Below, one piece after another: positions 50,501-59,645 of a stretch of 64,000 bases of DNA. A model generated the notes under the pieces. It searched no databases. It worked only from the letters and a program-made list of their open reading frames with translations, and was not told the DNA's origin. The position numbers and the translations under genes are program-made. The stretch comes from Marsupella aquatica (Eukaryota; Plantae; Marchantiophyta). Within the stretch, counting starts at the first letter, position 1. Each line of letters starts with the position of its first letter. The stretch covers positions 13,942,861 through 14,006,860 of the forward strand of contig OZ316892.1 of NCBI GenBank assembly GCA_973895155.1. The letters are read 5' to 3'.

Positions 50501-50765
50501 TCTTGACGGAGAACTTCGGCATGCTCATAACCTCTACGACGTGGAACGCGGCCCAGTCCATGTCCGTCCCCTGCAGCATGTTCAGGTAGGTGAGTTTCTG
50601 CAGGGCCACAGCTTTGGTGTTCACGTCCGTCGACTTAATTTCTCTCCTGATCTCATCCAGCACTTTGGAGAGAAACGCGGCCTCGCCTATCATCTGCACC
50701 CGTAACCCCTTGACCACATCTTCCAAGCTCCGCTGAAAAAACGATTCGATGATTGTAGCAGCCAT
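47595..50765 (-). CDS. AP3D: AP-3 complex subunit delta (delta-adaptin), intronless CDS
   Basis: Long ORF. The N-terminus FFQRSLEDVVKGLR…EIRREIKSTD…ALQKLTYL…AAFHVVEVMS…KKLGYLAASQSF and DVEIQERA are characteristic of plant AP-3 delta. The likely start is ATG 50765, with an in-frame upstream ATG at 50804. Confidence 0.95.
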   Translation of the reverse strand: MAATIIESFFQRSLEDVVKGLRVQMIGEAAFLSKVLDEIRREIKSTDVNTKAVALQKLTYLNMLQGTDMDWAAFHVVEVMSMPKFSVKKLGYLAASQSFNESTDVLLLITNLLRKDFGGKSDHEASLAIECLSRVATADLARDLLPELFNILGGSRAFVKKKATVALSRVFTQYPDAIRVALKRLIEKLSDTDPSVVTAAISLLCDLAMKDPKPFLPLAPELYNLLVRNPSTWLCIKLVKMLGSLVSLEPRLGKKIEEPICNIMRDSRATSLLLECIQAVSSGLTQQKGAVLLCVEKLTELLKEDDTNVKYLCLRALANLMPVHPWALERNNEAISKCLNHRDPSIQKGARRLIIGMIDEDNVIPTVHVLLQCAFKSDADSCNEILSNILSTCSADDYLLISDFSWYVSSLTEMARIPNCDRGNGDEIGRQLVDIGLRVKEATADVLRAGRDLLLDGPLLDRDRASGSVQGVLKAAAWIAGEYNVACSVDPSELVQALLQPRAVSLPASVRALYVQAFLKVFVHSWPRRFVDGGKVLSINTTGMADSTHTLTEKLSGGDGDFLERAEHTAVRQSSPVVELEGSEGDFETLQSPGDPSTSNLEQKTQTKERQRVKPSLHDFQDNSSAVNFLKEGSGIGAAAEKDITNVKMEQQTGFLGFLDPTFQLIAESMTALGKSSDVEIQERACNLLGLLQVIKDDISTSFAYPSDERQNSSKDRVLDGLLVALHGVLTVDFSPVSLHAQGKVTAPEGLILENLDSLGPPNPRDRDDAVDDSVVIEGEAAFHEFREGRNVFSFQGESSPSSGLGESSALLAQHRQRHQNFYLPSEGKSVANKSFEYPPPVVTYRDSEQSLLRAHSTGGSIPLGEGSTQPIRSKARPVVISLDGEDDNPMKQSSLKVKHKDLKDDFISSAIIDVLSGGGGSRPTSHKHQRATTTQHSSRLSRLSDRDNSLPSPRVKDGRGERSVLLAEDEKLSNEGQGPEGTMKPMSRHHRHHTHEKETISSSSPASAVYEPQASELPRSSKGRPRPRRSRSHKGTSLLKKLDDIGASPDCEVTH

Positions 50766-51511
50766 TTTGCCGCGGCCTCCTCTTCCAACAGCCTCTCCGA
50801 ACATCCACCCACTTCTTTCCTGTCAGCTCGGCAGTCTCGGTCTTCAACAATCCCCCCATAGCTTCGAATTCATGAACGAAGTACTTCGAATGTGAACTGA
50901 TTCCCAAACAGGGGCAAGCGAGGAGGGGTACATCACGGCCAAAGCCCAATCGTGCAAAGTCAGTGCAAAGACACTAAACTAGAAATTGAACTAAAAGCCT
51001 GTGAGACCTAAAACTCTATGTACAGATGTGCTCTGTTTCTGTTTCTGTTTCTCTCTGTGAGTCTCTGTGACAGGACCACATCTCAATTCACGGAGTTCGA
51101 TGTAAACTCTCATGACGCCTTCTTTCTAGTGCCGACGATTGTCGTACTCTCCCAATTTTCGCGTCCCCACCACAGACGCAGACGATCTCAAGCCTTCTTT
51201 CTTCAGAGCTGACCAGTCGCGTCGTCGTTGCCCAGAATTTGAGAACGTTTTAGAGCTTCGAGGTTTTCATGATTTTCGCGACGGAGCTCTCCCGCTGCTG
51301 TTGTGGGTGCATCGATCAAAGGTGAAAACTGAAAAGGCATGCCTGGGACTGAATATGGAGTCGAGGACGATGTCGGACACAAACATCTCTGTTCTTTTGT
51401 TTACTCATTTACTACTCCCCCAATAGTTGCCTCTCAAAGCTGGGTCATTAGTGTGGTCCCCAATAGGTGCCTCTCAAAGCTGGGTCCAAGTTAGTGAAAG
51501 TTATGGATTTG

Positions 51512-51800
51512 TGGTGTTAAGTAAACTCAACACCAGTCATGTGAATTTTGTACTACTAATTTTTGCATAGCACTAATCATAGTGAGCAGTGTAGGTGACT
51601 TAATTCTCAATGAATAAAATTTGCCTATAGTAGGCTTCCTGGTAGGCTCATTTTACTGATCTTTCCAAATAGTTTCTAACAAAGAACCCCAAAAAATTAG
51701 GCTCCACTGGATATTGAAGGAGCCACTCAATGCCCAAAAACTTCCAAAAGTGCAAAGTGTGGATAGTGAGTACATGGCTTATCAATTCTTCATGAAAACT
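51512..51800 (+). repeat. Left arm of a ~290-bp inverted repeat
   Basis: Reverse complement of 54541-54842, with ~13 substitutions, a 1-bp indel and a ~14-bp indel counted by eye. Confidence 0.92.
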
Positions 51801-52338
51801 AGAGATAATATTTAGTAAAAAACACCTTAGGAATAATTGATTCAGTTAAATATCAAGGGAGATATTCAAGATCAAACTTGGTTGTTAACAACTTTTTGGA
51901 AACCATAACCTCAAGGGTATAAGGAGTGAAGGTGTAAAAGGTGTCACAATTCATGAGTGAAGGTGTAAAAGGTGTCACAGTTCATGGGTTTGGAAACCAC
52001 AAAGCAGTGTGAGTGAAAGTTCAAAGGGCGTAAAGGTCCATGGAGGTTGCATGGTTTGCGGGCTGGGTCCATGGGAGCATTATGTTCTCATACTCTAGAA
52101 AATGGCGGAATAGTATTGTAATTAATTGGAAATCTTGTCGACTGCAGGGCTATGGCAGAAATGTAGTCGTCTTCCTCTCGATCCACAGCACTTTCTTCCT
52201 CACCTTGCGGCCCAGAATGTCTTGCTATTTGCAATTGAGTCTTGGCGTTGGCACCGGGCAACGCCATTGAGCTGAGCGAGAGCAGCAGCAGGAATACTCA
52301 CAGAATCGGAATTTGTGCGAGCAGTGAGGACTGGCGTT

Positions 52339-53601
52339 ATGGAGGCCGTGGCCGGGGTTGGGATTGGTAGAAGTTCGGGTGTGATCCCTTCACGGGCGGC
52401 CAATGCAGCAGGAGCAGCAGCAGGGAGTCGAGTCGCGGTGGATCCCCCGAGGGCCATAAGTGGTTTTGGCTTGCGTCGAGGAGAATCGAGCAAGGAATTT
52501 GCTGTCGTTAGGCTTTTAGGATTTAAGCACGGTTTGGGGGCTTTAGGGCAACATCAGCGGAGGTGGAAACAGAGCAGCAATGGAGAGGGGTCTCGGATGC
52601 AATGGATTGCAGCAGCTACGAACAGTGGAAGGAACTTTTTAGGTAGTGAGGAGGAAGCATTGGACCCTGAATCACGGCCTATCTCCCTGCCCATTATAGG
52701 TGAGATACCCTTGACTCACAAAGAGCTGAACATGTTCACTCCCATGAAATTGGTGGTATGGGTTTTTCTTGGGACGCTGATTTACAGCATATGGCAGCTC
52801 ATTGCGTCGATAACCATTTTTAATCCCGTGTTTTTAATGTACTCAACCTGGATATTCGTGAAGTGGCCATGGCCAGCAGCTGTTTCAGTGGGAATTGCGA
52901 CACTCGTTACTGCATATCGAACGTCTCAGAGGCAGCCCAAGGAATGGGAGCAAGTGGTCCTGCTCCTGGGCTCGTTGACATGGTTGATTCTGGTGCCTCA
53001 TGGTCTGTTTAATGGATTCGTGGATGGCTGGCCTCTGATACTGTACGTTCTGTACTCTGGGTTCTTCCTCATCAGTGCAGTGGTACGGTACCGTTTGTAT
53101 GGAGATCTGGCAAGCAAAAGTGACGACAAGCAGTGGGAAACGTACCCCTCCAGGTTGTGGCAGATGGGGTTCGTCATCTGTGTTGTGTTGGGGCATTGGC
53201 TAGCAGCTTTAGAGGCACCATTTCTTCTTGAGACCTGGAATCTCCAGTGGACGAGCATAGTGGCCATATTTTCTCTGGCCTTGTCGGTGGTTACGCACTA
53301 CACTGCTACCTATTTCTTGGGGAAGTATTTTGATAGGTTAGTAAGGCCTAAAGCGGTGGTGATGTTTGGACCTTATAGATTCGTCCGCCACCCCATTTAC
53401 GCGAGCTATATGCTTCTCTTCGCAGGGTACTGCCTGGCATTTAGATCCTATCTGAGCTTGGTGTTCTTGACCACGGCATGTATCTTGTACTACGAGCAAC
53501 GAACAAAGCTGGAGGAGGGTATGTTGGCAGACTTTTTTGGGGAGCTTTATGAATCTTACAGGGGAAAGGTCAAGCAAAAATACTTGCCTCTCGTATATTA
53601 A
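52339..53601 (+). CDS. Isoprenylcysteine carboxyl methyltransferase/PEMT-family multi-pass membrane protein with a putative plastid transit peptide; intronless
   Basis: C-terminal GPYRFVRHPIYAS…EEGML…FGELYESY motif, several hydrophobic helices, and an Ala/Ser/Arg/Gly-rich N-terminus. The first ATG is at 52339 (the ORF track starts at an upstream GTG). Confidence 0.88.
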   Translation: MEAVAGVGIGRSSGVIPSRAANAAGAAAGSRVAVDPPRAISGFGLRRGESSKEFAVVRLLGFKHGLGALGQHQRRWKQSSNGEGSRMQWIAAATNSGRNFLGSEEEALDPESRPISLPIIGEIPLTHKELNMFTPMKLVVWVFLGTLIYSIWQLIASITIFNPVFLMYSTWIFVKWPWPAAVSVGIATLVTAYRTSQRQPKEWEQVVLLLGSLTWLILVPHGLFNGFVDGWPLILYVLYSGFFLISAVVRYRLYGDLASKSDDKQWETYPSRLWQMGFVICVVLGHWLAALEAPFLLETWNLQWTSIVAIFSLALSVVTHYTATYFLGKYFDRLVRPKAVVMFGPYRFVRHPIYASYMLLFAGYCLAFRSYLSLVFLTTACILYYEQRTKLEEGMLADFFGELYESYRGKVKQKYLPLVY

Positions 53602-54540
53602 TGTTTGCACTACAGTTTCTATCATTCATTAAAATCTGAAAGCATAGATGAGTATGGTACTAGGATGACAACAAGGTTTGCACCTCAGCAGATGGTTATC
53701 CCTCACAAGACATTTTCTTTGTTTCCAGAATCTACTAAAGATAACGAGTAGGCAAGGCACTTCTTGTCCTAGGACGACAGCAGTCGTTTCACTAAGAATG
53801 CTTGGTAGTATTTCAAGCTTGTCAGTGGCAGGCCCCATTTTGAGTGGTGGGTAAGGGCTTGATTTCTTGTAACAATGTGAACCCTCCTAAAAAGATGGCG
53901 TAGATAGATGCGCTGAATGCTGAATGCTGGATAGTGGCGCCCAGATACCACTCGACATCTTGATATACATCGGTATTATCGTCAGAAGATCAACTTGCCC
54001 AACTCTTTCAATTTCAAGTGTTTGGCCTGATGTCAAGACTTGTCCCTGACACGCCTGTGCTACCATTCACGCTAGTTCTCATTCCATTGAACTTTCATGT
54101 GTGTGTCCACGACGCTCAATTCAATACACAAATCCATCCCTATCAAAGAGGTCTAGAGAATCGTTCATCTTTCAAGATTTCAGTATGAACAGAAGCTAAT
54201 CAGGAAGTCGATCAAGCTGAATTGGCCATTCACTGTCCAGTGAACACAATTTCAATAGATTGAAAGGTTTTATAAGTTAAAACTCGATAGAAAATGCATT
54301 TTCAGCGACCTGAATTTTGTAACCATGTCCCATCATAGCCGACTGAAAGTTTCCAACCAGCCAAGTTCTTCATTACTTGCTCTTCACTTGCTACTCTCGT
54401 TGATGCTTGACAAAGTATTGCTATTGTCGTTTCGCCTTCAAGTTGATTGCTATTGCAGTTTCGCTTTCACATTTATTCTCCACCGCCATCATATCTACAC
54501 CTGTAATGGGCAGGGACATAGGCCTGAATCACGGATTCAG

Positions 54541-54842
54541 AGTTTTCATGAAGAATCGATAAGCCATATACTCACTATCCACACTTTGCACTTTTGGAAG
54601 TTTTTGAGCACTTAACTTTTAACATTGAGTGGCTCCCTCAATATCCAGTGGAGCCTAATTTTTTTTGGTTATTTGTTAGAAACTATTTGGAAAGATCAGT
54701 ACAATGTGCCTACCAGGAAGCCTACTATAGGCAAAGTTATTCATTGAGAATTAAGTAACCTACACTGCTCACCATGATTAGTGCTATGCAAAAATTAGTA
54801 GTACAAAATTCACATGACTGGTGTTGAGTTTACTTAACGCCA
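54541..54842 (-). repeat. Right arm of the ~290-bp inverted repeat
   Basis: Matches 51512-51800 in reverse orientation. Its outer end overlaps a 14-bp-stem hairpin, atgactggtgttga-gtttac-ttaacgccagtcat. Confidence 0.92.
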
Positions 54843-55921
54843 GTCATCCTACATTGCAAGCAGTGGACCAAAGGAAATGCTGATTTATAGTGTTTTTTTT
54901 ATTTAGAATTTTAAATCACCTCCACACCCGGTTCAAACATTTTCAAACTATGGTTCATAAATTAGGTAGAATTTCAAAATATTAATCAAAGGTTAGATAA
55001 GATATTCATGGTGCTGAAGGTTTGATAAAGATTAAATCTATATGACGGAGGCAGCTACATGATAGCTTGAATTTTCCAGCTGATTGCATGGGCCACATGA
55101 TTCTGAAGTTAAGTTTCCCAGTGTCTTCACATCGTCATATTCAAATATATGGGCATATATGTAGTTCTCCAATAATAGATCTAGCTGTGTCACAGCGTTT
55201 TTCATTCCCCTAGATCTTTCCGAAAGTGCTTGGACTCTTGCCACACTGAAATCTAACAGCTGAAATGCCAATCCTGTGAATCACCAGTCCTCATTATTGG
55301 CCTTATCCTTTCACTTCAATGAGGCATGTCTAACGATGCATTTGTTTTTTGCCTTGAAACCTAAAGTGACCCATCCAACAAGAGGATTGACTACCAACTC
55401 CAGAGCATGGACCTCTGTAAGGTAGCTCCAAGGGGGTCATGAGGAGGAATCTGACATGGACCCAGACCAGGAGGGAGAGAGTTTAAACCAGTGCCCCAAA
55501 GTACACTGGCCAGGGATGAGTGGAGTGTACTGGTGGGAGTCTTGGTTTCCCCTCAGTCCCTGGCCAGATGATCTGACAAGATGATCTTCAAATATAGCAA
55601 AGATTAAAAAAAATTAGAGGGGTGCCAGAATAAATTTGAAATCTAAACTATACAAGGGATGCACCTTGGTAAGACACATTGAAATAAAAATGCATAACAA
55701 AAGAAGTTTGAATAAGACAAAATACTGAAAGTTGCAAGTTTGAATAAGACAAAATAGTGAAAGTTGCATTCATCATTATAGCAGGTTCAAAAAAATCCTG
55801 GTTTGGCCTTCCTGTCTTATTGGCAGTGTGATATATATATATATAGTGGGAGAAGGAAACAGCAAATTGGCCTGAAACGATGTGCTACAGCCTCAGGTAT
55901 CACTCCAAAACAAACAGTGAT

Positions 55922-57792
55922 TCATCTCTGCTCCACGGGCGTAGTTCCGAAACCTTCCTCAGTCAGCGACGAAAAGTTGAGATCAAAGCCTACAGCTCCA
56001 AGCTTCGACGCCCGAAAAAGCGAAGGTTGTTGAGATGAGTTTTTAGATCCACCTTGGGCGCCCATCTGCCTCTCGATCTGCCTTCCTCCCTCGTGGCTTT
56101 CTTCCGCCTCCTCTGTACTACTACTGAATTCTATGAGAGATGCAGCCGGAAGGACTCCGATTGGGGATGAAGTGCAAACAACCCTTTCTGTCATCTCGAG
56201 CTCCTGCTGTAGAGTCTGTGGGAGTTGAGGGAGAATTGCGGTTCCCTCTATCATCCTCAATACATTGCTCATTGGAGGTCTTTCCTCTGGATCTCGCTGC
56301 AAGCACAAGAGCCCTATCAAAATGAGCCGCCTGGCTACCACCCAGTCGACATCGCCAACTTCTTCCAACAGTGGATCGAGAACGTCGTGGGCTCCATCTC
56401 CTTCTGTGACCTTCCGCATTGCCCATGAAGGCAAATACATCTCATCCCTCGGTCGGGAGCGTTCCAATTGCCGTCTCCCGCTCAACACCTCCAAAAGCAC
56501 TACGCCGAAGCTGTAGACGTCCATCCTCGTGCTAGCTGAGCCCATGTACATTTCAGGAGCCATGTAACCGAAGGTCCCTCCTGACGCGATAGTTTCACTT
56601 CTTGTGGCTCTTAGGAGCTTGGAAATGCCGAAATCGGCTACTTTGGGCACAAAAGCTTCGGACAGGAGAATGTTTGCAGGCTTTATGTTCAAATGGATGA
56701 TTGCCTGTCCGACCTGGAGATCTTCGTGGAGATACGCTAAGCCCTTGGCCGTTCCTTTGACGATCTCGACCCGTTTCTTCAATGGCAACACGGGTTTTCC
56801 TGTCCGACCATCCTTGAAGATCCACCTATCAAGAGATCCATTGGATACGTACTCGTAGATCAAAAATGGCTGTTCATGGTCATAGCAGTATCCCAGAAGA
56901 GCTACCAAATTGGCATGATTAATTTTACCTAACGTCTTCACCTCTGCCTCGAAGTCAAACCTCGTTCGTTGGCGAGCAGCTTTTTAACAGCTATTTCCGT
57001 CCCATCTTTTAGTGTGCCCTTGTACACAACCCCGAAGCCTCCGCGCCCAAGCTCCTCACTGAATCCTTTCGTGGCCAACTCCAACGTTTCAAAGGACAAT
57101 CTGCTCCCCAAAGCTAGCCCGGACGGTTGACGGTAGAGCTTTTGCGGTATACTAGCGATGTCTTTGTCATGCTTGAATTGCAATGCTTTGGCTTCCAAGT
57201 CTGCAGCAAACTCTGGCATAACCTGCTCAGCTTTGATGTCCTTGTTCCGGTTGTTTTGCCGTCTCCGGTGGAGCATGAAAAGAATAGCTAGAGCCACTGT
57301 AACTACAGCGGCAACAGCTGCCGCAGCGATTCCCGCATAAGCAGCAGCGCTCATATGTGAACTTGAACTTGAAAGATGTTGCGCCGACTTACAGGGACCA
57401 CTCTGGCACTCGTAACCACAGTACTGATCAAGAGTTCCACAGAATCCATACTGGCTACAACAAAGGTTGTTGATACAGGTGGAGCCATTCGCTTGCCAGC
57501 CACACATTGGAGTATTTAAATCCGCTCGTACAGCGAAGTTCGCGTGGCAAGGGCCGCTGAAACAGTTGCCTCGGCCGCAGTGTGCCTCTGAAGAACCACA
57601 GTATCCACTAGAACTGCAACACTGAGTTGGATCACTACAGGACTGATTTTTGCCACACGGAAGAGAACTTCCAGCAGGATGGCCGTTTGACTGACTTACA
57701 CTCACCTCCACACATACGCACAGAACTGTCAAGATCAGCGAGCAATTTCGCCATGTGCCACCAGTGTCTGGCCTAATTCTTCTGGCCATCAT
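55922..57792 (-). pseudogene. Receptor-like kinase with two hevein/chitin-binding type-1 domains, a TM helix and an SD-2b-like kinase; frameshifted at ~56967 with catalytic D->N
   Basis: Signal peptide; CGKNQSC…CCSSSGYCG…HC…C…C and [10 protein letters not shown]…[24 protein letters not shown]; [32 protein letters not shown]; [12 protein letters not shown]…IAVKKL. The frame breaks at GGT TT|GAC TTC GAG GCA GAG GTG (DFEAEV). The second frame carries NGSLDRWIF, IIHLNIKPANILL, ADFG, GTFGYMAPE, DVYSFG and RP.M. Confidence 0.85.
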
Positions 57793-59029
57793 TGTTTTCT
57801 ACCTAGACACTTGCTGTTACTTGGTCGATTTGTCAACTACGCGAATTCACCATCGATTCACCCGATTAAATCCTTCACCCAACCGTCAAAGTCATGATTC
57901 AATGCAACCCTGAAAGATAAATTGAAGGTGATCGACTTCTGGATGGGAAATTATACGATGGACGGTCTCCAGCTATAGCCCATGAGAAAATAAATAATGA
58001 ACTTGGTCACCAAGTCGCACTGAAAGTCGGATCAAAGCAACGCAACGCTCCCAGCAACGCCATGTTCGTCACCTTGACATGCTAAAATGAGAAATTCCTC
58101 GTTCATGAGTCACTCGGCTCGACCTTTCTGAACATTTGATGATTCATACTGCCCTTGCGTGAGAATTGCATGGTCTAGAATGCTTTGCAACGGCTGGGCT
58201 CGACGTAGTAAGCTGGTCAGGCCGCCCTCCTCTGTTTGCACGTACCTAGACATGTGTTAATTAATTACATGCAGGGGTGGCTGTTTCGCTGGATGCCGTG
58301 GAGGAACAGCTACGTACAGGCTTGAGATTGCAACCTGATTCAGGACCAATAGATACCCTTAGAGCTCCGCACTTCATGTGAGCAACTGAGAAACATCTGC
58401 TCGCAGTTACAGCTACAATCTGAGAGAACTTCAGCATCTCCAAAAATATACTGCGCTCCTGACTCATAATTCTACATGTATAACTCTGCCATCACTTACT
58501 GTTTACCATCACATCAATATTGGCTTGATCTCTATCATCGATTACATGAACGAGCTACCGTTCTTGTGTTTATCATTCGATTGGATCGATCATCTGACAG
58601 AAGTTGAAGCCTCTACTAACTACCTTGCGTACTGTATAACTAGGATCTAGGGTGCAAGAATTCATTAGCGAAGTACTGGATGATCATAAGATGGTCTAAT
58701 GAATGGCTCACTCTGGTCGACGTGACGCGACTACGGAAAGTGCTTCTACGTACTCAGTGCCTTCTTCGGGCCATGACTCGGGTGCTAGGTGACTTCCTGT
58801 CTCCGAAGGTGAGAAATCCTTAGGATGTGGAAGGTGAAGCTGTCCCACGAGAGCATTGTCCGAAATACAGGCCTGAGGAAGTTTAGCCCGAATGTAGTTT
58901 CTTTGGGAGAGAATGCTCTCGTTGAAAGTGACTGTTTCAAGCTAGTTCAGGTGATCGTTTTGACATATCGTAAATTCAACGATTGCCAACAGTCTTTTCT
59001 GAGACAAAAATAATAGGCATTGACTTACT

Positions 59030-59645
59030 CAACTTGAGAGGATGTCTTATCCCCTGTTTTTGTCCTCATTGAGAGATGTCTTTTCCCTGATTTTGTACTC
59101 ACGACCTTCTTTTGACAGAGCGTGGAGGTGGCATTTCAGGGTCTAGGCTTTCATTATTCTTTGTAAGGCCAAGGTAATACACTTTAGGGCCTCGAGATAG
59201 GCTTTCATTATTCTTTGTAAGGCCAAGGTAATCCATTTTAGGGCCTCTAGATGGGCTTTCATTATTCTTTGTAAGGCCAAGGTAATCCATTTTAGGGACT
59301 CTAGACAGATTCCCCTTGGTGACCCTCCTATGAGGTTTACTTCACAACTCTACCAGCCTTTTCAGTTAGGTAACAGGCTTTTCAATGACCACCCAGTAGG
59401 GTTTTTAGTTTGTTGCTTGCTTCTTAGTTTTTTGTTTGTTTGGGATGCTCCTTGACTTGTTGGGCCTCTTTGGTCTTCTTGGGATTTTCCCGTTAGTTTT
59501 TGTTTGTTTGGGATGCTCCTTGACTTGGTGGGCCTCTTTGGTCTTCTTAAGGTCTTTCCCTTTCCCCCTTTATTGGGTTCTTTTGCCTTTGGTATCATGT
59601 ATCCAGGTTTGGCTCGTTCTTTTGCCTTTGGTATCATGTATCCCG
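59030..59645. repeat. Cluster of short tandem duplications: 3 x 54 bp, 2 x ~50 bp, 2 x ~28 bp, 2 x ~35 bp
   Basis: ggctttcattattctttgtaaggccaaggtaat.ca.tttaggg x3 (59146-59305); tttgtttgtttgggatgctccttgacttg.tgggcctctttggtcttctt x2; gttcttttgcctttggtatcatgtatcc x2; ttgagag.atgtctt.tccc.tg.ttttgt.ctca x2. Confidence 0.85.

Noticed and set aside
47654-50705. Plus-strand ORFs antisense to AP3D, and similar ones opposite the kinase and methyltransferase genes
   Set aside because: Shadow ORFs of long coding sequences with no independent motifs.
59146-59305. Three 54-bp repeats resembling a CRISPR array, or the ORF MDYLGLTKNNES x3
   Set aside because: Head-to-tail tandem units with no unique spacers, no cas genes and a eukaryotic context. 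The ORF is a by-product of the 54-bp period.
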